The notes beneath the pieces were generated by a model. The model had not been told where the DNA came from, did not search any database, and saw only the letters and a program-made list of their open reading frames with translations. Made by a program: the position numbers and the translations under genes. Positions 1 through 13,491 of a stretch of DNA of 64,000 nucleotides are shown in pieces (position 1 is the stretch's first letter; each line of letters opens with the position of its first letter). This DNA comes from Mobula hypostoma (lineage: Eukaryota): NCBI RefSeq assembly GCF_963921235.1, contig NC_086097.1:48858001-48922000 (forward strand), written 5' to 3'.

Positions 1-1433
1 CCCATAAATTGATGGTACGGTTATGGCAATGCACGCAATCAGGCTTGTCATATCACCATCGAAGATTGAAGGGCAGCAGCGATGGAAGAGGCTGGCCTCC
101 AATCAAGCACACATGCCATGCTGCACCGCCTCCAGTGACTATTCACCTGGCCTTCAGTAGCAGGCATGCCCCTGGCTTGAGGCCTAGTCTTCATTGTAGC
201 TGAGGCTACGCAGCTCCCACATCACCTGCCGTGCCATCAAACACGGGAAACGGGCTTGTGGCATCTTAATTATCAATGTCCAACAGGGTCTTGCGATTGC
301 AAGAGAAACCTTTATGACAGCAAGTGTCAACCTGCAAGTGTTGGTGTTTCCATACTCCTTGTATCATATTGTCATCTGATGGTAGAGGTTACAGATTTCA
401 GAGGTGATCATGGAACAGTCTGGGTGACTAGCCTCACTAAATTCTGTAGATGGTGTACACTTCTGACACTGTCATTTGATTAGGACTGTGGATGATGTTT
501 GCCTTCTCATGTGTTGTTAATGCTGCATCCATGCAAGCATGTACAGATGATTCCATCCACATACTTTCCTCATGGTTGAAGCAGGTGAGAGGGCTTTATG
601 GAATCAGGAGGTGAGTCACGAACTCTGACCTGTTCTTGAGACTGAAGTTTTTAGGTGACTGGTCCAGTCGAGTTTCTGTTCAACTGTGACCTTTGGTTGT
701 TGACAGTAGGAAACTCTATGGTAATACCCTGAGAAGTCATGCTTTCCAGCATGGAATGCAAGCCTTTTAAGTTTTCACACACCAGCAGACTATCTGATAC
801 CACCATTCTGGAGTTTATTCCTCAGTAGAATATCAAAGGATATCTTGCTCCTCAGAAAACATTTACTTTCTACATTGGACCTACTTCAGTCTTGGAGCCA
901 AAGTTCTGAGATAACAACTTTTTACTTCTTTGCTGCCATTTCCACTTCTCCTCTAACTCCTGCTGTTCTTTGTGACCAATGCTTAAAGTCATAATCCAGA
1001 ACCATTTGTGACCATAGTCAGTGTATTGTGCTGGCACTCAGTGCAAGTGAAGTGTGCATCACTGGGCGATGGTAGATTCAATATCCTCCAGCTAGTTTTC
1101 ACAGACACCTCTCTAGGAGAGATGTACGTCAAGTGATATCAGAGTTAATGCCTGCAACTTGCCAGCATATGCTGTGCCATGATGCTGTGGGGTCTGCTAG
1201 CTTAATAACACATTATGTGAAAAATGGAGCAAGAGAGAGTGCAGCTCATATTCACAGATATTTTACTACTTCCTGTGAAATTGTACCAAACCCATACAGA
1301 AACTAAGTACACACAATTAACAACTTACATCTTTAAAATTATATAATTATTTACTTAGAGAGTTCTTAAATTTAATAAAACACATTTTTTGATTTATTTA
1401 ATCCTTTTGACTGTAATTATTATCTAACACCTA

Positions 1434-1660
1434 TTTGTTGTTGTCATACAGCATGGAAACAGCATCTTTGCTCTCCACCACACCTTCTATCAGGTACCCA
1501 TTTAGTTATCCCATTTTTATCTTTTCCTCAAATTCTACTACTCCCCTACGCATTACAGACAATTTGGAGTGGTTAATTAATCTACCAGCCCATCCCCTTG
1601 GAATACGGGAGGAAACCAACATGTAGGAAGTGTAAATTCCTTCCAGACAACGCCAGAGGT
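1434..1660 (-). mobile_element. Decayed HE1/V-type SINE remnant
   Basis: Body motifs 'caatttggagtggttaattaatctacc...gggaggaaacc' resemble the better-preserved SINE copies at 29730-29940 and 63097-63385. Confidence 0.45.
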
Positions 1661-1833
1661 TGCTGGAGCTCTGGGACAGCAGCTCTGCTGAGTACGTTTC
1701 TTTGCCATCCAGTACAGTATCCAAATAAACTATTTTCAAATTCCAGAAAGGTATTTCATACAACTCTCTTCTTATAATAAGCTACATACATAGGTAGTTT
1801 CACAATTGTTACTCAACAAAGTATAGCCACTAA

Positions 1834-2149
1834 GATAAGGGCATCCGTTAGTCTTGCGAGATCATGGATCTGCGCCTGGAAAGTCTTCACTCTCCAGGGC
1901 ACAGGCCTGGGCAAGGTTGTATGGAAGACCAGCAGTTGCCCATGTTGCAAGTCTCCCCTCTCCACGACACCGATGTTGTCCAAGGGAAGGGCATTAGGAC
2001 CCATACGGCTTGGCACCAGTGTCACCGCAGAGCACTGTGTGATTAAGTGCCTTGCTCAAGGACACAACACGCTGCCTCGGCTGGGGCTCGAACTCACGAC
2101 CTTCAGATCGCTAGTCGAATGCCTTAACCACTTGGCCATGTGCCCACAC
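1834..2149 (-). mobile_element. tRNA-derived SINE with 13-bp TSD
   Basis: The minus-strand head has a Pol III A box (TGGCCAAGTGG) and B box (GAGTTCGAGCC), then a CORE-like GTGTCCTTGAGCAAGGCACTTAA. It is flanked by the perfect direct repeat GTATAGCCACTAA at 1821-1833 and 2150-2162. Confidence 0.9.
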
Positions 2150-2245
2150 GTATAGCCACTAATAACTTGCATAACATAATTTCAAAACAACTGTAAAATT
2201 AAATCAGCTAATAACAGTTAATAACTTCCATTACAATTACAATAA

Positions 2246-3164
2246 TTAGTTACATATTCCCAATGCCATAAACTTAACGATAGCATTTTCAAATATGAAC
2301 ACTTTGTAAGGTTACCCATGTTTGTCTTTATAGTCACCCAGTCTCCACCATGGCTTCTAATGGAAACCGGACGTTTTTTGTCTCATGCATCCTATTTGAA
2401 GTTAGAAAGTTGGTTTCTTGACCTTCTAAATTGCTCCCAATGTATGCATCAAGTGTTTTCAGCCACATTTGCTACATGTTAGCTCTGCTGTATTGAACCA
2501 ATATCAGGATGGGTAAAATCATTCATGCCATCCTCAGAACTCACATATATCTCTCGCAGCACAGTAATGATCTTCTTCAAATCACCCAGCTCAATCTAAG
2601 ATAGGTTTGTTCTACTCACCAAATGGGTGAACAGAAGAGTTCAGGTGGACAGCACACTTACGTAAACTATATGAACTCATCTACATTTGAATCAAATCAT
2701 TTGATTTGATTGCAAGTGGCCAGCTGGTGGCACAGTGAGATCAGTGGCGGACTCTGGAGCGAAGGTTCCCGGGTTCGAATCCAGGTCGGGCCACCCCCGA
2801 GCACGCTTTCCATCCGTGCTGGGTTGAGTGTCGAGCTAGCCACTTGGACTCGTAATTAATACAAGGGTCGAGTCAGGAACGTTCATAATGTGACCCGGTT
2901 AATCCTGACACCATGTGCCAGACAAGAATAGCTGAATGTCTGGTACGACACGCATAAAAATAAATAATTTGATTGCAGTGGTACCTCTCCAACAGCTCGT
3001 GTAGAGCCTCTCATCTTCTACTTTTGCCAGTGGGCTCCTGTGATGGTACAGCATTTGTCCTAATACGCCTTCTCTGAGATGCTCATGACATAATTACAGA
3101 CGTACCATTTCTCAGTAAAAGGAAGATCACTGTCCAAAGGGTTCTCTGATTTCACATTGCTCAT
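2246..3164 (-). pseudogene. Decayed coding-like segment of unknown identity, split by a SINE
   Basis: Manual minus-strand translation gives protein-like blocks (EALHELLERYHCNQIK, CCPPELFCSPIW, IELGDLKKIITVLREIYVSSEDGMNDFTHPDIGSIQQ, KPWWRLGDYKDKHG*PYKVFIFENAIVKFMALGICN*) with several stops and frameshifts. I do not recognise the family. Confidence 0.35.
2715..2966 (+). mobile_element. tRNA-derived SINE with 11-bp TSD
   Basis: A box TGGCACAGTGAG, B box GGTTCGAATCC and an A-rich tail. Direct repeat ATTTGATTGCA at 2704-2714 and 2967-2977. Confidence 0.88.
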
Positions 3165-3849
3165 AATGGATTACCCTCCACCTGGACATCCGAAATTCTG
3201 GATCTGAAATTTTCATCCAAAACCTGGACATTCCAACAGACTAAAATTCTGTCCTACCCTGCACACAGTACACCTTCTGCCCAAGCACCTAGATTTCATG
3301 GTGTTGCAGTATTTGCTTTAACTTTTACCCTGCAGTGAATCTGCAAATTTCCTGTGGGCAAATCCCTGAGCAGTCAACACCACGTACCTCTAAGGCTTAA
3401 AAAAAGTTTTAAAGGTCTCTAAATACTTCAAAAGCCTTGTTCTTCATTGACTTTACCATCTCACACTGCAAACCATCTTCTGAGAATTGACTTTCCATTT
3501 CCTACTATACAATCTCACCCTTACCCTTTGTTCCAGGCCAAAATTTTTACAGCGTGTTTGGCCGCAGCATTTGAAGACGGTGACTGAATGCCTGGCTTAT
3601 TTCCTCCAAAGAAGCTCTTACAGTTATCTGCTTTGCTCACTTTTCTGCCCAGGTTTCTTCCCTCTCTTCAGATGAACTCTATTCTGTAATACTGCTAGTG
3701 CATTGCTGGCTTGAGCCTGATTACTGAATCAACTTCCATGAAAGTAGCTATTTCACTTTTCCATACTTTGAAAAACTTTTGACCCATGGTGTCTATGACG
3801 TAAATTTAAGCTAATCCAAAATATTGTCTATATTTCTCCTTTTCTTAAC

Positions 3850-4810
3850 TGTATATGTGCCCATCTACATGCTTTTTAAATGTTGATATTATACCTGGTT
3901 CCATCACCTCCATTAGCAGTACCTTCCACTCTTTGTGTAAAAAAAACTTGCATTGCACATGTTTCAACTTACTCCCTTTCACTTAGCCCATGCCCTGGAA
4001 AAAAGAATCTGACACTCTAACTTATCAATCCCTTCCCTAACGTCATATACATATTTCTATCAAATCGCCCCTCAGAGTCCATTACTTTAGGGAAAACAAC
4101 TTTAGTTTGACAAACTCATTTTATAGCTTATACTAACTAATTCAGTCAGCATCCTGGTAGATTTCTTTGCAATCTCGTCAAAGACACTGCATCTTATAAT
4201 GAAACAACCAGAACAGATTATAAAATACTCCAAACATGGCTTTACCAAAGTTTTATGCAGCTGCCACATGACTTGCCAACTTTTACACTCAATGTCCTGA
4301 CTGGGAAAGCAAGTATGCCAGACACTTCTATTTATCATTCGTTCCACTTATGCTGCCACTTTTAGGAAATATAGGCTTGGAACCCAACATACTCTGCATA
4401 TTGATGCTCCAAAGGGTCCTGCCATTTAAATATACTCTCTTCTGACATGAGACCTTCCAAAGTCCAAAATCCCATAATTGACTGGATTAGACTGCCATTT
4501 TTCCACCCACATTTTCAACTGATCTATGTCCTGCTGTATCATTCAACGACATTCTTTACTGTTCACAACTCCACCAATTTTCATGTTGTCTGCAAACTTG
4601 CAAGTCACCTCATATGCATTTCTATCCAAGTCACTTATGGATATCACAAACAACAGAGGTTCCAGCACTGAGCCTTACAGAACGCCATTGATCACAGTCA
4701 TAACACCCCACAACAACACTTTGTGTTTTCTATGGCCAAGCCAGTTTTGAGTCCAGTCGACCAAATCTCTAGATACCACATGCCTTAATCTTCTGGATTA
4801 GCCTGCCAGT
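3850..4810 (-). mobile_element. Old CR1 LINE ORF2 3' fragment
   Basis: ORF 4102-4347 contains QLHKTLVKPCLEY, matching the CR1 C-terminal motif LY(K/R)TLVRPHLEYC. Heavily decayed. Confidence 0.75.
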
Positions 4811-6139
4811 TTATACCTCCTCTCATCTTCTCAGAAAGTGAACTGTAGACAGCAGTTTTTCATTGTCCATGAGCACGATGCAAACCTCTGGTTTGGCAGT
4901 GCCTGTAGCCTCTAGGTTTTGCAATTCCTCTCAAGGCAATCTGATCAGTATTCTGGATGGCTGAGGCCAATGCACCCAAAGAATAACATACTCTGATGTT
5001 AATTACCATACCAAACTTTACAGGCACTGTGCTCTATGAATTCTTCTTGTTCAGTCCATAAAGCCACAGATTTTTCAAAACATTCCTCAACATTACAATG
5101 CAATTTGAATTTTAATGTTAATAAATCTGTAACCATATTGATCATAAAGCTCCTAAGAGAGGATTTTCTCAAGAGGCTGGCTGATGATTTGGCACTATTG
5201 CTCATAATACTATAAAATTCCCAAGGAACCAAACAGTGATTTGAATGCCATGATGATTAACTAGCTTAAGGAAAGAAAGTTACCTTGAAGCTATCAGTGT
5301 GATTCAGATGCAAAACTGAATGTGCCTTGCAGACATGCTGGCACACAACATGAAAGAGAAAAGCACCAGAGACAAAATTAAAAAACTCCACTGTATTTAA
5401 TCTCAATTGATCATATGACACAGAAGAGGAAATGGTTATTCAGAGAAAGTCAGTGAAATCCTAAGTAGAAACAGAATGCAAAATGTATCACAGAGTTCAG
5501 ATGACGTTTAATGTACAAAGATACCCCACAAGATAATAAAGCATTGACGTGAATATAAGTTTTCTGGAAAATCTCATAAACCTTTCCTTTTAAACACTTG
5601 CGGAATGTAAAGTGATGGGACTAAAGTGTTGGTGTCCCATAGCCATAGGGTATTTGCCGTAATTGCACTGTCACAGTCTGATTGAGCCAGTCATAGTCAT
5701 CTTCGGTAGTGAAAACTAGACCTTTGCTCCAGGACACAATCAATACTAAATTAGCCTTTAATTACAAGTCTTTCAATTATTCAGTGTTGACTTATGATGT
5801 GGTGTCAGTAGGCTGTAAATCTTTCTTGAAGGTCTGAAGGTCTTGTTTAGAGGCTCCTAATTTATTTTCTCCATGCAGGGTACAAAAATAGAAAAACCTT
5901 TATTTCAAGTAATTTAATAATTCAGATTGAAATTCATGTACTATATCGCATAATTGGTAGTGGAAACTTCAACATATGCTCCAGTTCCCATATTTAGAAG
6001 CCATTCTGTGCAAACATTGTGTTTTCATAGAACATAGAACACTACAGTATAGTATAGCCAATCGGCCCATGATATATGTGTGTGTGTGTATATATAATTT
6101 AATTTATATATATTTTATATAAATGAAATAAGTATTGCA

Positions 6140-8300
6140 GAGAGAGAGGGAGAATACTAAGGTGTTCATGGGTTCATTGTCCATTCAGAATTTTGATGCG
6201 GAGGGGAGGAAGCTGTTCCTGAAATGTTGACTGTGCGTCTTCAGGCTCCTGTACCTCCTCCTTGATGGTAGCAATGAGAAGAGGGCATGTCCTGGGTGAT
6301 GGGGTTTCTTAGAGATGACTGCTGACTTTTTGAGGCATCGACTTTCAAAGGTGTCCTGGATGTTGGACAGGCTAGTGTCCATGATGGAGCTGGCTGAGTT
6401 TACAACTTTCTCCAGCTTTTTCCAATCCTGTGCAGAGGCCTCTCCATGCCAGATGGTGATGCAACCTTTTAGAATACTCTCCACAATACATCTGCAGAAA
6501 TTTGCAAGTATCTTTGACAACGTACCATTTCTTCTCGAAGTCCTAATGAAATATTACTGCTCTCATGCCTTTGTAATTGTATCAATAATCTGGGCCCAGG
6601 ATAGATCCTCAGAGATGTTGACGCCCAGCAACTGCTCACCCTTTCCACTTCTGATCTCTCAATGAGGACTGGTGTGTGTTCTCTCACCTCACACTTCCCG
6701 AAGCCCACAGTCGACTCCTTGGCCTTACTGGTGTTGAGTGCAAGGTTGTTGTTGCGGCACCACTCATTCGGCTGATGAATCTCGCTCCTGTACGCCTCTT
6801 TGTCACCATCTGAAATTCTGCTATCAATAGTTGTGTCATCAGCAAATTTATAGATGGTGGTTGAGCAGTGTCTAACCGCATAGTCGTGGGTATAGAAAGA
6901 GTAGAGCAGTGTTAAGCATGCACCTTAAGGTGCGTCAGTGCTGATCATCAGCGAGGAGGAAGTCTTATTTCTGATCCACACAGACTATTGTCTCCTGGAG
7001 AGGAAGTCTAGCACCCAGTTGCAGAGGGAAGTACAAAGGCCCGAGTTTTGAAGCTTGTTGATTAGACCTAAGAGTATGATTGTCTTGAACACTGAGCTGT
7101 TGTCAGTAAACAGTAGCCTGACATAGGTATATCTATAGTCCAAGTAATCCAAGGCCAAGTGGACAACCAGTGAGATTGCATCCGCTATAGACCTATTGTG
7201 GCACTAGCAAATTTCAGTGGGTCTGGATCCTTGCTTAGGCAGGAGTTGGTTCTAGCTATGACCAACCTTTCAAAGCACTTCATCACTGCAGATGTGAGTG
7301 CCACTATGGGGTGAAATTCACTGAGGGAGCTCACCCTGCTTTTCATTGGGACTGGTATCATTGTCACCCTTTTCAGAGTCCTACCAGGTACATCATCAGG
7401 GCCTAATGCCTTGTGAGGATTCACCTTCTTGAAAGATATTCTGACATCGGCCCCTGAGACAGAGGTCACAGGGTCACCAAATGATGCAGGGATTCACACA
7501 GGTGTAGTTTCATTTCTGCCTTTCAAAGCGTGCATAAAAGGTGTTGAGCTTAGCAGAGAGTGAAACGTCATACTCATTCATGTTATTAGGTTTTTCTTTG
7601 TAGGAAGTAATGGCCTGCAAACCCTGTCAGAACAGACATGCATCCAATTCTGTTTCTAACCTCAGTCAGAATTGATTTTTTGCTCTTAAAATAGCCTTCC
7701 GTAGGTCATATCTGGACTTCTTGCATTGTTCCAGATCACTCATTTTGAATGCCACAGATTTAGCCTTCACCAGACTATGAATCTCCAGGTTCATCCATTG
7801 CTTTTGGTTTGGGTATGTCCGGTATTTTCTTGAAGGCACACACTCACCTACACAGGTCTTGATGAAGTTGTTGACAAATATGAGTATTCATTCATTCAAG
7901 CTAGGAGATGAATCCCTCAATATTGTCCAGTCCACTGACTCAAGGCAGACATGTAAGCACTTCTCCACCTCCCTTGTCTTGCCACTGGTGCTGTGGTTTT
8001 TAGTTTCTGCCTATATGCTGGGTTTAGAATTACAGCCAGGTGTTCGGGACTTTCCAATATTTGGGCATAGGGTGGCATGGTAGGCATTCTTGATGGTGGC
8101 ATAACAGTGGTGAAGTGTTTTGACTCCTCTTGTTCTACAGGTGATATGTTGATTGTAGTTGTTCAGAGACTGTTTCAAGATGGCCTGTTTGAAATCTCCC
8201 GCAACGAAAGGGAAGGCATCAGGGTGTGCCGATCCGTGCCTGTTGATCATTTTATGTCGTATATGCCTTGACCACCACCCCAGTAGGTGTGATCCACACA
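6140..8300 (-). mobile_element. Rex1/Babar-like LINE, 5'-truncated and decayed
   Basis: ORF fragments: AHPDAFPFVAGDFKQA...HITCRTRG (APE end); VNPHKALGPDDVPGR...VALTSAVMKCFERLV (RT start); ANFCRCIVESILKGCITIW...PHHPGHALFSLLPSRRRYRS...FRNSF (Rex1-type C-terminus). Confidence 0.85.
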
Positions 8301-8304
8301 CCCG

Positions 8305-9445
8305 TCACTCATGTAAAGAACTTGACTCTGACATTCCCCCTATATTTTCCTGTAGTCACCTTAAAATTATGCCCCCTTGTATTAGCTATATCTGCCCTGG
8401 AAAGAAAGTCTCTGGTTATCCACTCTATGCCTCTTATCATCATGTAATCCTCTACTAAGTCACCTCTTATCCTCCTGCTCTCCAAAGAGAAAAGCCTTAG
8501 CTTACTCAACCTATTTTTATAAGGCATGCCCTCTAGTCCAGACAGCATCCTGATAAAACCCCTCTTCACCCTCTTTAAAGCTTCCACATCCTTCCTATAA
8601 TGATGCAACCAGAACTGAACACAATATTCCAGGAATGGTCTAGTCAGGGTTTTATAGAGCTGACAACAAAATCTCATGGCTTTGAACCCCGACTATTGCA
8701 GGCCAACACACCATATGCCTTCTTAACCATATTATCAACTTTTGTGACAACCTTGATGCATCTATGGACATTGACACCAGGATCCCTGTGTTTCTCAATA
8801 CTGATAAGAATCCTGCAATTAACCCTTCCAGAATGAATCATGTCACACTTTTCCAGGTTAAACTCCATCTGTTTCTTCTCAGCCCAGCTCTGCATCTGTT
8901 GCATCCTACATCAACTCTCTACACTATCCACAACTCCACCAACAGTTGTGACAGCTGCAGTTTACTAACCCACTTTTCCATTTCCTCATCCAAAGTCATT
9001 TATAAAAATTACAAAGAGCAGGGGCTCCCAGAACACCTCCAGGCAGAATATGCTCTGTCTCTTTCTTCTATGGGAAGCCAGTTGGGAATCCACACTGCAA
9101 AGTTTCCCTGGATCCCATGCCTCCTTACTTTCTGCTAAGCCTACAATGGAGCACCTTATCAAATGCCTTACTAAAATCCATAAGCACCACATCCACTACT
9201 GTACCTTCATTAACGCGCTTTGTCACATCCTCAAAGAATTCAGTCAGGCTCGCGAAGCATGATCTTCCACACACAAAGCCATGCTGACTATCTCTAACCA
9301 GACGTGCTTCCCAGATACTTGTAACTCCAGTTTCTAAGAAACTTCTCCAATAATTTGCCCACCACTGAAGTAATACTCACTGGTCTATAATTTCCAGCGT
9401 ATCACTATTCCCTTTCTTGAACAAAGGAATCACATTCACCACCCT
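8305..9445 (-). mobile_element. CR1 LINE ORF2 fragment
   Basis: ORFs 8309-8677 (LYKTLTRPFLEYCVQFW..RKDVEAL) and 8674-8904 (WAEKKQMEFNLEKC). Confidence 0.9.
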
Positions 9446-11320
9446 AATCTAGATTTACCATTTGCCACACTCATCATCAAATAGATTTAAGAAAGATGGA
9501 ATCATTTGAATGAATTTGTAAACTGTTTTGAACAATTCTTTGGATATTACACCCCATTTTATTTGAGGGCAGGTCTAAACCCATTATAACTGTTTGGAAT
9601 TTATGGTGTGTAACTACTTCCTATATGCAATAAACATTGTCTTTTTATCTGTATTAAAGTAGAAAATATTGTTTGAATGTTATATTCACAGGAGGGACTT
9701 TAACTGGCTCTACCTGAGGAAAACTAAGTTGCAAGGAACAGTTAAAAAGGAAAGCTCCTTGTCATTTCCAAACACACCATTACACGGGCACGTGCAGTGC
9801 CCACTAGAGACAGGTGGGAGCAACACCGCCTTGACAGCAAAACTCCAGTCACCCCATCAGTGAAGTTTGCATGAGCTTACAGCTTTCCAAAAAGGCTATA
9901 GAGAGAACATTGAGAAATTTCTGTGCTTCATAAAGGCAATGTGAAATACCCTTGCCTGACAATCACTCTTCATCAAACCACACACTGCACACAGAATTGT
10001 ATATCACTCAAAACCCCACACTGACTTTGAACAAGGAAGGCAGTTTGACTTTCTATTGCTTCATGCCAATTTTCTGCCCACTTACTTTGAGACACCAAGT
10101 AACACATCCTGGGGTTCAAAACTGACTGTGTCTCCTGTTGTTATTCTTGGTGTTTGTTAGGCTATATTTCTGCTTAAGATTTTCAACTCAGTTATATGCT
10201 CCTCACAAGTTAATCTTTCAGCATGAAACTACTTCTAAAAGGAAGATTTGCTGTTGCCCTTACCAGGAAAGTGAGTAAACGAATTGTAAATCCGTATTAA
10301 CAGTTCACACTACTTAATTGGCACCACTAATTAACTGCTAGAACATTTAGTGTCTTGTGTTCTCTGTCTGTTCCTCTGAAATCCTTTATAAATCCCAACA
10401 TGTTGCAGCCTGAACTACCCAAGTTTAGTGCCAAATTCATCTTTTGTTCGTATATTTACAGTGTTCAATGTAAGCTCATGTTCAATTGTTGACATGAAAA
10501 TATTGAAGACAAGTCAACAGTCACTGCATTAGTCATACTGCCAACCTGATAAAGAGCAGCTCATGTGGCGGCACATCATGACACCATGATGTAAAACACG
10601 GGTGACAGTGCATAGACTATGCAAGCTCCTGAATATTTCCCAGCACTTAAAACTGGGTGAGTCGCTTTTCATTTTGTGCCTGTTGAACCTCATAAATTAT
10701 ATCAATACCATGGCTATTAGATAAAACCCAGAAAGGCAAAGACATTTCTGGCTGTTTCTGTATTGAATTTAATCTTATTAGCAATTAAATTATTCCAGAA
10801 ATTGAGATATGCTTGTTTATTTATATTTATTTATTTTCATATATTTATTTTGACTTGGTATGATAATGCAAATAAAAGAAAGTAAATATCAAGTGGTATA
10901 TAACAGTGCTGATAATTTGCCTGTAGAAATAGAAAATGCAGGAAAAACTCAACAACTCAGCATCTGAAGAAAGAAAAACAGCATTGCTATTTCAGATTGA
11001 AGATGCTTCTTATTAAAATTAAAGTAAAACATGGTTAATTCTGTAAATCCAAAATAAAAGCTGGAAATATTTAGCATATCAGATGGGTTGTGTAGAGGGA
11101 AAATAGAATTAGCTTGTTGGTCATCAATCTAAACCACTATTAAAGGCAGGAAATGCTGAAAGCACTGACCAAGACAAGCAGAATTAAGAGAGATCAAATT
11201 CTCCTCATCAGAACTATCGCAGGCTCTTTGACCTGAAACATTTACTTGATTTCTAGCCGGTGACTTTTTGCCAGGGCAGAAATGGCTAATATGAGGAGGT
11301 ATAATTTTAACTTTAAGGTG

Positions 11321-13032
11321 ACTTCCGGCAAGATGGCAGCGTGGCTGAGCAGAGGTACTTCTACAGGGTCAACAAAAGGTGATACTATTATACTTAAAAG
11401 TACATTTAATAATTGCAAGATCCTGCTATACATTAAGGACTCAAAGAATTGCAGGTCTACACCATCAATGATTTTCTCACTGTGGAGAAAATGAAGAAGC
11501 TGTGCAAAGTGCTGTTGCCTGAGTTGATGGAGGCTTAAGGCTGATTTATACTTCTCCGTAGTAGCCTACGCCTTAGCCTACGCAAGCGGCGTTCGCTGTT
11601 GTGAGCATTTATATTTGTGCGTTGGTGTGTCTGCATCGCTCTGCAATTCATCACCAAAATACTAGTTGGTGGTAGAGTTTCTATGCCACTGTGTTGAGCT
11701 TCTTCGTGTTGAAGGTAGATTTGATGATTTGGTTCATCGTCTCCAACCATTTATTTCACATCAGTGTACGCACAGTATACTCAGAGACTGGCAATCACCA
11801 TTCGAGTTTTAGCTTCAGGTGGAAGTCAACAGGCTGTAGCAGCTAGCTACAAACTGGCGTCAAGCCCAGGGTCCTCCATAATTTCGGAGGTCTGTAAAGC
11901 TTTATGGAAAGCATTGCAGCCGGAGTTCCTCCCTGCCCTTCAGTCGCCCAATGGGAAGCTATTGCAGCGTAGGAGGAAATGTGATGCTACCAAGCGGACC
12001 AATCACAGTTGTTGCGGTCTGCGTCACCACGAGGCGTAGTTACATTTTTGGGGAGGTGCGCGTCAGGCTACGGTGTAGGGTATGGCGTAGGGTACGTGGC
12101 TACGCCATACCTACGGCATAGATTTGACGCAGAAGTATAAATTGGCCTTTACAGTGAAACAGCGAGTGGCCGTCTTGGTCGCATTTCTTGTGATCTCAAG
12201 ACCCCTTTGGACTTTGTAAATCTGGTATGCTGCAAGTTTGATTCGCTGAACACAGGGGTGGATGGATTGGGTCTAATTTTGGGTCGTAGCGAGGATCAGG
12301 CCTGAAGCCACAGTGTCGCCTGTTTGCAGCCACTCGGAGTGAGGGGACAAAGCTGTTGTGCGTCACCGGGGGCTATGTGGCACGGTGTTCAGAACAGAGT
12401 CGGAGCTGCCCTCCCAGAGCTTTACTCAGCAGAAGACAAGCTCTGTTGACACTGACTACAGATTTTTTAGCGGCACTCAGTGAACTCAAACCCCCAGCTG
12501 CAGGGTCACTTGTCCTTCAGCCGCCGGAGGAGGGGTGTCCGAGCCATCATGCTCTAACAGAGGTGATGTATCGCAGTTATGGTGACTGAAGATTTAAAAT
12601 GGACTGAGGAGTCTGGACTATATACATATACATTTGCTTGGTTGTATTTTTACTAACATTCTGTGTATGCGAGGACAGGGCCTCAAAGCCACTGTGTTGC
12701 CTAGCAGACGTCGGGAGCCAGTCGACAGTTGATATTGGTGGGCTGGGGGGGGAGGCGCGGTCTGGACCACATATACACGCATATTCTGTGTTGTTATATT
12801 TTTACTGATATTCTACATGGGTTTTTGACTTGTATGAATCAAGCTGAAGCGTCATAGTGGGGGAGGTGGGCGTCGGGAGTCTTATTACGTGATTGTGATC
12901 TTGTGTGTGCTTACTGTGTGTGACAGTTGGTAATGTGACTTTGTACGTTAACTACATAGTAACGCTGTCTCGTTTGGCTGTATTCATGTATACAATCACG
13001 AATAACAATTAAACTTGAATTGAATTGAATTG
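11321..13032 (+). mobile_element. Non-autonomous retroposon with (TTGAA)n tail
   Basis: Starts ACTTCCGGCAAGATGGC and ends AATAACAATTAAAC(TTGAA)3TTGA. It has internal sub-repeats and no ORF, and it interrupts a CR1 fragment. Confidence 0.65.
11538..12148 (+). mobile_element. Non-autonomous PIF/Harbinger DNA transposon (internal deletion derivative)
   Basis: Terminal inverted repeats (TIRs) AGGCTGATTTATACTTCTCCGT and AGGCCAATTTATACTTCTGCGT (19/22). TTA TSD at 11535-11537 and 12149-12151. Subterminal CCTACG repeats. ORF 11764-12039 ([25 protein letters not shown]...[19 protein letters not shown]) resembles the Harbinger transposase HTH region. Confidence 0.9.
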
Positions 13033-13491
13033 ATCGGAGGAAAGTACTGAGGTGATGTCAGAGGTAAGTTTTATTTTATGCCGCACCCGAGGTGCTGCTA
13101 AAGGCAGATACATTAGTGGCATAGAAGAAACTCTTAGAAAAGCACATGGATGATAGAAAAATGGAGGGCTACATAGGAGGGAAGGGTTTGATCAGTGGTT
13201 CCCAAACTTTTTTGGATTATTTACCCCTTGGCTTCTGGGTTACATCCCAGCAACCCCTCTCCCCTTCTAGCCATTCCATAGAAATGATAAAGAATTTTGA
13301 TTTGCAATACAGAGTGAAAGAAATAGGAACTACAAATTTAAAGCAGTGACAAATAATTGGAAAATTATTCAAATCTCTTTAAAGCTACAAACAAATTTAG
13401 AGTGTACATTAGTAGTCCAACTAGTCATTGCTTTTTCACTTCCCAATGAGATGAATGGGTTTCATACGGTGATATTAGCTTCTCAACATCA

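Noticed and set aside
2720..2790. tRNA-like A and B boxes (also at 2075-2145)
   Set aside because: These are SINE heads with bodies, tails and TSDs, not tRNA genes.
6185..6520. ORF resembling sequences often auto-annotated as an ALKBH8 N-terminal domain
   Set aside because: It is the C-terminus of a Rex1-like LINE ORF, continuous with RT fragments.
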